From a virus (taxonomy: Duplodnaviria; Caudoviricetes), in the IMG/VR virus record IMGVR_UViG_3300046832_001180, positions 1-31,276 of that record: a stretch of DNA of 31,276 nt; one strand, given 5' to 3'. Below the pieces are notes generated by a model. The model saw only the letters and a program-made list of their open reading frames with translations, did no database searches and was not told the origin of the DNA. A program made the position numbers and the translations under genes. This document shows positions 15,250-23,921 of this stretch, piece by piece. Each line of letters begins with the position of its first letter. Within the stretch, counting starts at the first letter, position 1.

Positions 15250-16473
15250 TTAAGCCTGAATCCGCTGGATTGAGAATGAAGCTCCCTCTCGAATGTAATA
15301 TGTATTTAGAGAACTAGTCGTAACTAAAACCTCATAGTAATCACCAATCGATGCCTGATCTATGTACTGAATAAAAAATGGTCCAACTAAACCCGTCGAG
15401 TTTGTTGACTGAATATTTGCAGGTCCAATATCGGTCGTTCCATTTTTTCTAATCTTAAAAGAAACCGTAGATGATGTTCCCGTATCTGCACTTAACATTA
15501 AGGCAACATCTATTCGGTAATAACTTGCAAGAGCTGCCGTAAACCGACCTGTAGCCGCAGTAAATCGTGATGCGGTATCAATTCCAGTCCAAGATCCAGA
15601 CGGAAATTCTGTCAAACTAAACGGATTCTTAGTTAAACTCGGGCCGATTTGCGGCGCACCAGCACCAACAGTTCCGCTTACCCTCCGCGTAAAAGTTTCA
15701 TAAACGAACGCCGCCGCAGCTCCCGTGGCAGCGATTGAAATAGTTCCAGCACCCGGCGTAATCGTGATGTTCGATCCTGCGGTCAGACTTGCCAGCGTGT
15801 ATCCCGTTCCATTGCCAATGAGCAGTTGGCCATTGGTTGGAGTGGAGGACAGATTTGTTCCACCCTTCGCAATCGGAAGAACCCCACTGATGTCCGCTAC
15901 AGGAACAGAGGCAACAGTCGAAACAGCACCAAATCCAACAGATCCTTGAGTCTTGAGGTAGCCAGCAGATAGCGAATCGAGAGCAGTCTCGTTCGTCAGC
16001 GTGGCGTCTGAAGTGCGGCAAATGTACGACGCGCCAACCGGAGCGCCGCCCGACGCACCAGGAGCGCCAGTCGCCCCAATCGCACCAGCCAGAGTGATAA
16101 GGGAATTAGCCGGAATCAGGGTGGTTGGAACAGCGTTGGCGATTCCAAGGACACCCGCAGCAGGGTTTTGAAGCGTCAGTTGCAGTCCATCAACCGACAG
16201 CACCTGCATGTATCCAAGACCCTGAATCGATACGAAGAACTGGCCAGCAACCGATTCTGGCAGAAATTGGGTATTATCTACGAAAACAAGGACGCTCGAC
16301 CCAAGAGCCGGAACAAAAAACGAGGCTGTCGTGTAGGTGAACGAATCGATTCCGTTCGTGCCATTCGTACCGTTGGCTCCCGCAGCCCCTTGAGGGCCGG
16401 GGATATTCACGACTACCGGCTCGGAGTCGCAAGGCTGGCAGCAGCCGGATGAAGAAACAAGTTGCGACGGCAT
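15250..16473 (-). CDS. Fiber/spike protein with short collagen-like repeats and a C1q/TNF-like C-terminal domain (407 aa)
   Basis: ATG at 16473 after AAGGA. GPQGAAGANGTNGTNG and GAIGATGAPGASG repeats, GVLPIAKGGT fiber motif, C-terminal GRFTA...YYRI...GDYYEV...FSI. Confidence 0.75.
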   Translation of the reverse strand: MPSQLVSSSGCCQPCDSEPVVVNIPGPQGAAGANGTNGTNGIDSFTYTTASFFVPALGSSVLVFVDNTQFLPESVAGQFFVSIQGLGYMQVLSVDGLQLTLQNPAAGVLGIANAVPTTLIPANSLITLAGAIGATGAPGASGGAPVGASYICRTSDATLTNETALDSLSAGYLKTQGSVGFGAVSTVASVPVADISGVLPIAKGGTNLSSTPTNGQLLIGNGTGYTLASLTAGSNITITPGAGTISIAATGAAAAFVYETFTRRVSGTVGAGAPQIGPSLTKNPFSLTEFPSGSWTGIDTASRFTAATGRFTAALASYYRIDVALMLSADTGTSSTVSFKIRKNGTTDIGPANIQSTNSTGLVGPFFIQYIDQASIGDYYEVLVTTSSLNTYYIREGASFSIQRIQA

Positions 16474-16527
16474 AATTTTCCTTTCGCAGAACCTCAAGTC
16501 CAGCGAGAACTATTGCAAGGCCAAACT
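16474..16527. promoter_or_regulatory. Divergent intergenic region (54 bp) between the tail and packaging operons
   Basis: Head-to-head starts at 16473 (-) and 16528 (+). TTGCAA on the - strand is a possible -35; no clear -10. Confidence 0.55.
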
Positions 16528-18213
16528 ATGGCAGAGCAAGCGTCTGAGCATCCACTTATTCAGCACAAGTATGGAATTCGTTCTCCGGTCAAGATTCCTG
16601 ACCTTGAGCTAGAGCTTTACGCATTCCGAAACCGGCTACAGCCAAACGAAGGCGGCTTAGGCACTTTCGACCATTTTCGTAACGCCACGAAAATGTTATG
16701 GCCGAAGATGAGCTGGAACCCGTGGCTGGAGGCTCAAGTCGAAAGTCTCTGCGAACATGACTACGTTGGCTGGGCGGGATGCGGCGCGAGCGGAAAGACT
16801 TTTGGAGCAACACTTTTCGCGACAGTCTGGTGGCTGGCCAACCCTTCCAAGACGACCGTCGTTCTGACATCCACGACCGCGAAGATGATCCGAAAGCGTA
16901 TGTGGGCCAATCTTCAGGATCTTGTTCGGAAATCGCGCGGATTCCCCGGTAATATGGTCGATTCGAAGATGGCGCTTCAGGCCATCAAAGGCGACGACCG
17001 TCATTCGATTTCAGCTATTGCCGTCGCCGAAGGCAACACTTCGAAGGCAGTGGCCAACATCCAAGGTATTCACGCCGAGCGAGTGATGGTCATCATCGAC
17101 GAAGCGACGGATACGCCCGAAGCGGCTTTCGAGGCTTGTACCAACCTTTCCAAAGGTTGCCGCGAGTTCAAGATGCTGGTAATCGGCAATCCGGCATCGA
17201 AGTACGACCCACACGGTCGATTCTGCACACCGGCAAAGGGTTGGCGCAGCGTAACGATTGAAGATCAGCATTGGCTGACCGAACGTGGCATGTGCCGACG
17301 ATTCGACGGCATGAAGTCGCCCAACATCAGCGAAGGGCGAACGAAGTACCCATACCTTATAACGCATGATCAGGTGTTATCCGCTATGCGACATGAGGGT
17401 GAGCAAAGCCCTACGTTCTGGAAGTACACGCGCGGATTCTGGAGTCCTGACGGCATGGTCAAGACGGTGCTGTCCGAATCACTGATCGAGACGCACACAC
17501 CTACAAGAAAGTTGGTGTTTACTACGAATATTCAGTCGGTAGCCGGTCTTGACCCAGGATTTGGCGGCGACAGATGCGTTCTCCGCTTCGCCAAGGTTGG
17601 CACAGCAAACGACAAAGTAAGCATACTTTTTGGCGATGTGGTTCAGATATCTCCAAATGCACAACTAACTGAGCCTGTTCACTACCAAATAGCCAACCGT
17701 GTTAAAGAGGAGTGCAGCAAGCGCGGCGTGTCGCCCGACAGGTTCGCCCTCGATTCAAGCGGTGAGGGTGGTGGTCTTGCGGATATTCTAACCCGCGAAT
17801 GGGGCGTCGTTCATCGCGTCGAGTTTGGCGGCTCTCCGTCAGCCATTCCGGTCAGCGATGAAGACAGTCGGCCATGCAATGAGGCATACGACCGCAAGGT
17901 GACTGAACTGTGGTTTTCGATGCGTAAATGGGTTGTCGAGGAGCGTGTTGGAGGAATGGACATTGAGACTCTTCAGGAGTTCTGCGCGCGCATGTTCGAC
18001 GATTCCAAGCGGAAGATATCGGTCGAATCCAAGACCGTGATGAAGCAGCGAACCGGCAAATCGCCTGACTTGGCCGACGCAGCTACAGTCTTGCTTGATC
18101 TAGTTCGAAAAACCGCTGTCCTCGAACCGCGAGCAACCAGAATGGATAAAGTCTGGGAAAAACTCGTTCGGGATGCCGATTCAATCTACCACGACGAAAC
18201 TATCGAAGAATGA
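16528..18213 (+). CDS. terL: Terminase large subunit
   Basis: Walker A GCGASGKT, GIHA + Walker B VIIDEA, IGNP coupling motif, nuclease GLDPGFGGD and KSPDLADA. ATG at 16528 is preferred over TTG at 16462, which overlaps the divergent gene. Confidence 0.93.
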   Translation: MAEQASEHPLIQHKYGIRSPVKIPDLELELYAFRNRLQPNEGGLGTFDHFRNATKMLWPKMSWNPWLEAQVESLCEHDYVGWAGCGASGKTFGATLFATVWWLANPSKTTVVLTSTTAKMIRKRMWANLQDLVRKSRGFPGNMVDSKMALQAIKGDDRHSISAIAVAEGNTSKAVANIQGIHAERVMVIIDEATDTPEAAFEACTNLSKGCREFKMLVIGNPASKYDPHGRFCTPAKGWRSVTIEDQHWLTERGMCRRFDGMKSPNISEGRTKYPYLITHDQVLSAMRHEGEQSPTFWKYTRGFWSPDGMVKTVLSESLIETHTPTRKLVFTTNIQSVAGLDPGFGGDRCVLRFAKVGTANDKVSILFGDVVQISPNAQLTEPVHYQIANRVKEECSKRGVSPDRFALDSSGEGGGLADILTREWGVVHRVEFGGSPSAIPVSDEDSRPCNEAYDRKVTELWFSMRKWVVEERVGGMDIETLQEFCARMFDDSKRKISVESKTVMKQRTGKSPDLADAATVLLDLVRKTAVLEPRATRMDKVWEKLVRDADSIYHDETIEE

Positions 18214-18839
18214 GCAAGGTTACTGGATACAAGGTTCTCAACGAACACATGGTCATCCCCGGCGGATGGCATTACCGAGTGCCAGAGACTGGCATCGAAA
18301 TCATGGGAGGATCATGGCCGCAGCTCCATGAGTTCGTTCGCAACCATTACACAGCGAACGCCATCGCCGTACCGAGCAACCTTGACACTTTAATCACCGA
18401 ATATGCGTGTCGTAACGGTGCAGATTGCGCCTACAACGAGGTTGAACTTCCAAAACCAGAAGGCCGAAAATCGCTGCAAATTGGAGATGTCATCCGATTC
18501 AGCATGAGTTTGCTTCATGGCCTAACAGTCGGCGGCGGAAAAGTCGATCAAGCGGAGGCAAATCGACGCGCAAGCATCTGTTCAGGATGCCGTTTCAACC
18601 GGAAGCCGCTCGGATGCACTGGATGTAATGCTCGCGTTCTAAAAGACTCCGTAAAAACCTTCTCACAACACGGAAATACGCCGTATGATGAGCAGGTTCA
18701 GAGCTGTGAATTTTGTGGTTGCTTTATCAGGAGCATGGTGTGGTTTCCCATTGAAACACTCCATAAATTTACGGACGCTACAGAGAACGAAAACCTTCCG
18801 GCTCACTGCTGGAAAAAACGACCATGTACGGAAACCTAG
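18210..18839 (+). CDS. Cys-rich hypothetical protein (209 aa, 11 Cys)
   Basis: RRASICSGC, GCTGC, CEFCGCF, PAHCW. ATGA-coupled to terL. Confidence 0.8.
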   Translation: MSKVTGYKVLNEHMVIPGGWHYRVPETGIEIMGGSWPQLHEFVRNHYTANAIAVPSNLDTLITEYACRNGADCAYNEVELPKPEGRKSLQIGDVIRFSMSLLHGLTVGGGKVDQAEANRRASICSGCRFNRKPLGCTGCNARVLKDSVKTFSQHGNTPYDEQVQSCEFCGCFIRSMVWFPIETLHKFTDATENENLPAHCWKKRPCTET

Positions 18840-21073
18840 CCCAACTGCCGCTTGAAACCATCAACGAAAACGGCAAAGCGCCTGAAACGCGCATAGCCGA
18901 TGCGGCATCAGCTCGCGAAATTTTCCAGAAGCTGATCATGGCCGATCAGTTGCGGAACGTGACGCGCGCCAAGTTGCGCGGTCTTGTTGATGGTAACCCT
19001 CCGTACAATCCTGCGGAACTGCGTCGTAACAACCAAGCGTTCCGAACCAATGTAAACTTCCGCGAGTCGGAAGCGTTCCTCACGTTGGCCATGTCTGCCT
19101 TCTACGATGTGTTCGCCGAGGTTCCGACCTACGCCAACATTCGCACCGCTTACGGCAACGACATGGATAAGCGGGAGGAATGGTCGAAGATCATTACCGA
19201 GGAATTCGACCGTCTCCAGAAGATGGACAAAGACTTCGACTACCTCATGCAGCTCTCGCAGCGTGAGATGGTCCTTATTGGCGATGGCCCGTTGATTTTC
19301 GAGGACAGCACCGATTGGCGGTGTAAGGCCATCATGGCAACGGATCTTCTCGTTCCAGATGGAACCAAGTCGAACGTCAGCGACTGGAAAGTAGCCGCTG
19401 TCCGAACCCGCATGGGTGTCGATGATCTTTTTGAGAAGATTCAAGATGAAGAGGCAGCTCGCGCCGCCGGTTGGAACGTGGATTACGTTCGCCAGCGTAT
19501 TCGCGCCGCAATGCCCGAGCCGTATCGTTCTGGTGTTCAGTACGACTGGGAGTTCTTCCAGCGCCAGCTTCGCTCGAACGATATCACTTTCTCGGCTCGC
19601 TCCGAGGTGGTCTTGATGTGCCACATCTTCTACAAGGAGTTCGATGGTCAGATCAGCCATGTCATCATCGATGAGCGTGACAGCGAGGACTTCATGTACA
19701 AGAAGCTGCGTCGCTTCGGCCGGTGGGAGCAGGTTATCCATCCGATGTACTACGACCGTGGCGATGGCGAGCATCATGGTGTAAAAGGCTTGGGCATCAA
19801 GATGCTCCAGGCGATGGAACTGAAGAATCGTCTGCGTTGCTCGATGGTTGATAGCGCATTCGCTCGCACCCAGATTCTCTTCCGACCTCTCAACCCGAAC
19901 GCTCTAAACAAAACGAGCGTCGTTCAGCAAGGACCGTATGCTATTCTCCCGCCCGACTACGAAGTCATTCAGCAGAACATTGCTGGCGTTCTGGACGCTC
20001 CTATGGCGGTCAACGCTGACCTTGAGAATGTTCTTCAAGGCAACCTCTCTCAGTATCGCCAATCGCTCAACAAGCCGTCGGGCAATCCTCGTACTGCCAC
20101 CGAAGTCCAAGCCATCGTGGCACAGCAGTCAGCAATCGGTAAGACGCAGTTGAGCCGGTATTACAACCAGTTGGATTCTTTCTTCGAGGAGCGGTACAAT
20201 CGCGCCTCAAACCCCAATCTGAACCCGATTACAAAGTCGGACAAAGACGCCATCGAATTCCAACGTCGATGCAAGGAGCGTGGCGTTCCGGTTCAGGCGA
20301 TGATTGACATCGATTACGTTGAGGCGACTCGTACGGTCGGCCAAGGTTCTCAATTCGCGAAACAGCAGCTTCTCGGGACTTTGCTCGGTCTTGCCGGTTC
20401 TCTTCCCGAAGGCGGAAAAGTCAACCTGCTCAAGGACTACATCGCCGCTCAGGTTGGCCAACAAATGGTTGATCGTTATTTGCCGACTCAGATGCAGTCT
20501 GCTCGCGTTCAGGATCAGGCTGCTCTTGCTGTTCTGGAGCATTCATCGTTGCGCCAGGGCAACATGCCAATCGTCACCGACACGCAGAGCCATATCATTC
20601 ACATCGACACACATCTGGCGGCTGCAAACGAGGCTGCTGCATCGCTTCAACAGGGTGGAAATCCGCAGGAGATTGTCCTCTTCCTCCAAGGCGTCGGTCA
20701 GCACGTTCAGCAGCACTTGCAGCGCCTGTCCACCGATCCTTCACGCCGTCCGCAGGTCGAGGCTTACACGCAGCAGTTGCAGATGCTTAGCCAGACCATC
20801 GAGCAGCTTGGCCAGTTGATTCAGGAACAGGCTCAGGCAATGGCGCAGCAACAGCAGGCGATGGCGATTCAGCAGGGTGTCGATCCGAAGACCGCTGTTC
20901 TCAACGCTGAAGTTCAGGCAAAAATCGCTCGCCAGAATGCCGAGGTTATGGCCAACATCCAGCGTCAGAACACGAAGGCGATGGCAGACTTGTCGCGCCG
21001 GAATGCGAAGACCACCGCTGATATTCAGCGAGCGAATGCAACTGCCGAGTCCAACTTGGCGCGTCAGGGATAA
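18824..21073 (+). CDS. Portal protein (P22/podovirus-like) with Q-rich C-terminal barrel
   Basis: 749 aa downstream of terL; RTATEV motif; long Q/A-rich coiled-coil C-terminus. Confidence 0.82.
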   Translation: MYGNLAQLPLETINENGKAPETRIADAASAREIFQKLIMADQLRNVTRAKLRGLVDGNPPYNPAELRRNNQAFRTNVNFRESEAFLTLAMSAFYDVFAEVPTYANIRTAYGNDMDKREEWSKIITEEFDRLQKMDKDFDYLMQLSQREMVLIGDGPLIFEDSTDWRCKAIMATDLLVPDGTKSNVSDWKVAAVRTRMGVDDLFEKIQDEEAARAAGWNVDYVRQRIRAAMPEPYRSGVQYDWEFFQRQLRSNDITFSARSEVVLMCHIFYKEFDGQISHVIIDERDSEDFMYKKLRRFGRWEQVIHPMYYDRGDGEHHGVKGLGIKMLQAMELKNRLRCSMVDSAFARTQILFRPLNPNALNKTSVVQQGPYAILPPDYEVIQQNIAGVLDAPMAVNADLENVLQGNLSQYRQSLNKPSGNPRTATEVQAIVAQQSAIGKTQLSRYYNQLDSFFEERYNRASNPNLNPITKSDKDAIEFQRRCKERGVPVQAMIDIDYVEATRTVGQGSQFAKQQLLGTLLGLAGSLPEGGKVNLLKDYIAAQVGQQMVDRYLPTQMQSARVQDQAALAVLEHSSLRQGNMPIVTDTQSHIIHIDTHLAAANEAAASLQQGGNPQEIVLFLQGVGQHVQQHLQRLSTDPSRRPQVEAYTQQLQMLSQTIEQLGQLIQEQAQAMAQQQQAMAIQQGVDPKTAVLNAEVQAKIARQNAEVMANIQRQNTKAMADLSRRNAKTTADIQRANATAESNLARQG

Positions 21074-21077
21074 AAGT

Positions 21078-21701
21078 ATGACCAGCGAGCAAGAGGAGAG
21101 CCTCAAACAATTCGTCAACGAAAACTTCCCCAAGATGGGCGGATGGTGCGATATCGAAAAGGCCATCCAAATCGGACAGATTGTTCTCGATACCAAGCCG
21201 CAGCGAATCGCCGAAGTCGGCGTCTTTGAAGGCAAATCAACACTCGCACTTGCTCAGTGCTGCAAGATGAATGGCAGCGGAACGGTTTACGCCATCGACT
21301 CTTGGAAGAAAGAGGACTGCATTGACGATGAATCGGCCAACAACCAAGAGTGGTGGTCGAAGTTAGACCTCGAGTACCATTACGAGCAGTTCGTCTCGCA
21401 TTCGGTTCGCACAAATCTTGTTCGCCATATCCAATTCTGCCGCATGTCGTCATGGGACGCGTCGCGATTTCTGCCTGACATGGACATGGTTCACATCGAT
21501 GCCAACCACGCTGAATGGCCGTCCACAAGCGATGTGGTCAACTGGCTTCCGAAGCTCAAGGTTGGTGGATACCTCGTCATGGACGATGTGAACTGGGAAT
21601 CGACGCAGACTGCGTTGAAGTTCGTTCTCAAACGCTGCCAATTCATTTCTCGGTTCGAACTTAAGGAAAGCGTGTTCGCAATCTACCGCAAGGAAAAGTA
21701 A
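21078..21701 (+). CDS. Class I SAM-dependent methyltransferase (Methyltransf_24-like)
   Basis: EVGVFEGKS, YAIDSW, DMVHIDANH, LKVGGYLVMDD. ATG at 21078, just after the portal stop. Confidence 0.9.
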   Translation: MTSEQEESLKQFVNENFPKMGGWCDIEKAIQIGQIVLDTKPQRIAEVGVFEGKSTLALAQCCKMNGSGTVYAIDSWKKEDCIDDESANNQEWWSKLDLEYHYEQFVSHSVRTNLVRHIQFCRMSSWDASRFLPDMDMVHIDANHAEWPSTSDVVNWLPKLKVGGYLVMDDVNWESTQTALKFVLKRCQFISRFELKESVFAIYRKEK

Positions 21702-21704
21702 TTC

Positions 21705-22307
21705 ATGGAATCCATTGTCATCACTATGCGGGGTTCAAACCGCATCCCGCGCATACAAAAACATTTTAAGGAAAACGGGGTCGATAATTACCGCTTTTTC
21801 TATGGCATTGACGGTCCAAAATCTGGACTTGTTGCAAGCGTTTCGTACGAAGTTGATAAGCCTGAAAGCAAGTTGGTCATACATCCAAAACAGCTCGGAT
21901 GTTTTTTATCCCATTGGATGCTTTGGAAATCGTTAGACTTTGACCCAAGCACCCCAGATGCAGTTCAGATTTTTGAAGATGATGTTCTTCTTAGGCCACG
22001 CTGGAAGGAAACCGTTGAACGCGCGCTGACGAAACTACCAGAAGATTGGGACATTTTGTTCCCAGGATCTTGCTGCGCTGGCGACAAACGAAAAAAAGAA
22101 TACGATTCAAATCTTTTTGAGGGATTTCCGCTCTGCACTCACCACTACATTGTCAGGAAAAAGGCTCTAAAAACACTGATCGAATCCAATGAGGAGGTCT
22201 GCCAGCCGATAGACATTCAGTCTTACCACAGAAGTGGGCCACTGCTTCAGTCGTTTATTATTTTTCCGAGAGTTTCAGATCAAGTTGACACTGTGTTTCC
22301 AGACTAA
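21705..22307 (+). CDS. Glycosyltransferase family 25-like
   Basis: FFYGIDG, LGCFLSHWMLW, IFEDD, LPEDWDIL, THHYIV and PID motifs of GT25 (LgtB/Lex2B-like). Confidence 0.87.
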   Translation: MESIVITMRGSNRIPRIQKHFKENGVDNYRFFYGIDGPKSGLVASVSYEVDKPESKLVIHPKQLGCFLSHWMLWKSLDFDPSTPDAVQIFEDDVLLRPRWKETVERALTKLPEDWDILFPGSCCAGDKRKKEYDSNLFEGFPLCTHHYIVRKKALKTLIESNEEVCQPIDIQSYHRSGPLLQSFIIFPRVSDQVDTVFPD

Positions 22308-22309
22308 AA

Positions 22310-23653
22310 ATGAAAGACATCATCCGAGAGCTGTCTCTTAAAGCACTCAAGCGATTCGCAAATGGCGGTGATGGCCAAGCGGATCTTCTGAATGAAATTG
22401 AGGATCTGAAACGAACGCTTGAGATTCGAACCAAAGAACATGAGGAGCATCTGACCGAGGTCCGCGAGGAACGCGATCATTGGCTTGCTCTCTACGACGA
22501 AATCAAATTCGCAGCCGAGTTTCTAATGAGCTACGCAAAAAATGACGTTCCAAAGTTGGCAGAACAAGTTGACTGGGAAGTCGGCAAAATTGTCCTGCCG
22601 GAAGAAACCGGAACCTACTACTTCAATCCGGCAATCGTCCAAGATCCTGATGGAAAGATTCTCCTATTCACTCGCCGCTGCCGTAACAAGCGCGAGAAGG
22701 ATGAGGACGTCTATGTCGAGAAGAACGACATTGTCATCTTCGAACTCAGCCAGAACCTGCGAGCCACCAAGAAAGCACTCGCAACGCTGGTTTCGCATTA
22801 TCCGAATGAGCAGTTCGAAGACCCGCGTGTCGTTAAGTTCGGCGACAAGTATGGACTAAGCTGCTGCACGTTCGTCCCATTCAAGTCGTACGCGCACCAG
22901 GGGATGTTCCTGCTCGATAAGCAGTTCCTAAACGTCGGTCGTTTCGATCCGATCTACGGAAACAACTACGCGCAGGCAATGATCAACGAGGGCCATGAAA
23001 AGAACTGGCTCTACTTCGTTCACGACAACGCGCCACACATGGTGTATTCGGCCAATCCTCATGTCGTAGTGCGCCTTAATGGGCGTCTTGAGAAGGAAGC
23101 TGAATACGTTACCGACGAGTTCAACCCTCTTTGGAAGTTTGGAGAGGTCCGAGGCGGTTCAAACCCAATCTACGTTGACGGTCTGTACTGGACCTTCTTC
23201 CACAGTTCTTTGCCGTGGATAAACAAGAAGCGTCGGTACTACATGGGCGCATACGCATTCGAGGCAAAGCCTCCATTTCGCATCGCTCGGATGACGACTT
23301 TGCCGATCCTGACCGGAACAAATCAGCAAGACTGGTGGCCAGGACTTCCTGCGGTCGTGTTTCCGTGTGGCGCATTCTACGACAGTGCAAAGAATCAATT
23401 CGTCGTGTCTTACGGCATCAACGATGTTGATTGCGGCTACATCAAGCTGCCGCTCGTTGACATGCTTGAAATCACCAAGGTCATCCGGCCGAATCGCGAT
23501 GTCGTCAACAAAGAGAATCCAATCCGATTGGATGAGGTTCTCGACCCAATTCCCCCAAAGCACAAACTGAAACGAAACACGAAGACAAGATATGATGAAC
23601 TGGCTAAGAGGCTTGAAGAACGAGAACCCGAAGAACCTGCTGGAGCTGCCTGA
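22310..23653 (+). CDS. GH130-like five-bladed beta-propeller glycoside hydrolase/phosphorylase with an N-terminal coiled coil
   Basis: YFNPAI, EDPRV, EKNW, VRGG, FFHS, VVFPCG and VSYGIND motifs, shared by GH130/GT91/GT108-type propellers. Confidence 0.8.
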   Translation: MKDIIRELSLKALKRFANGGDGQADLLNEIEDLKRTLEIRTKEHEEHLTEVREERDHWLALYDEIKFAAEFLMSYAKNDVPKLAEQVDWEVGKIVLPEETGTYYFNPAIVQDPDGKILLFTRRCRNKREKDEDVYVEKNDIVIFELSQNLRATKKALATLVSHYPNEQFEDPRVVKFGDKYGLSCCTFVPFKSYAHQGMFLLDKQFLNVGRFDPIYGNNYAQAMINEGHEKNWLYFVHDNAPHMVYSANPHVVVRLNGRLEKEAEYVTDEFNPLWKFGEVRGGSNPIYVDGLYWTFFHSSLPWINKKRRYYMGAYAFEAKPPFRIARMTTLPILTGTNQQDWWPGLPAVVFPCGAFYDSAKNQFVVSYGINDVDCGYIKLPLVDMLEITKVIRPNRDVVNKENPIRLDEVLDPIPPKHKLKRNTKTRYDELAKRLEEREPEEPAGAA

Positions 23654-23915
23654 CGTAAATGTATCCGACTGGCAGACTGATGGCCAACAGGCTGAACTCG
23701 CTCAAATCCTGAGCATGCCCGTCCTTCGCATGGCATTACGCATCGTTGCCGAATCAATGCCGGTTCCAATGCCGTCACATGGCAGTAAGGAATCGGACAT
23801 TATTTTCGCTGCCGGTGTAACCGCCGGATACGCGCATTGTCTTGAAAACCTTCGTAAATTGGCAGTAACTGAAACAGCGAAAGAACCTGAAGCAACATTC
23901 GATAAGCAATACTAA
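23592..23915 (+). CDS. Small head-module protein (107 aa)
   Basis: ORF directly upstream of the scaffold, the usual slot of the small portal-adjacent gene in podoviruses. Overlaps the upstream gene by 62 nt. Confidence 0.65.
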   Translation: MMNWLRGLKNENPKNLLELPDVNVSDWQTDGQQAELAQILSMPVLRMALRIVAESMPVPMPSHGSKESDIIFAAGVTAGYAHCLENLRKLAVTETAKEPEATFDKQY

Positions 23916-23921
23916 TAGATT

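Noticed and set aside
16462-16527. Longer starts for terL (16462) and the spike (16497)
   Set aside because: They would overlap head-to-head and remove the promoter space. The ATGs at 16528 and 16473 have better context.
18908-19777. 289-aa - strand ORF antisense to the portal
   Set aside because: In-register antisense shadow of a strongly biased gene; no protein-like features or expression signals.
20877-21077. N-terminal extension of the methyltransferase ORF
   Set aside because: Lies inside the portal gene in another frame. The ATG at 21078 directly follows the portal stop.
21078-21701. DNA methyltransferase (anti-restriction)
   Set aside because: Lacks DPPY/NPPY or PCQ motifs; the motifs fit small-molecule/glycan Methyltransf_24 enzymes.
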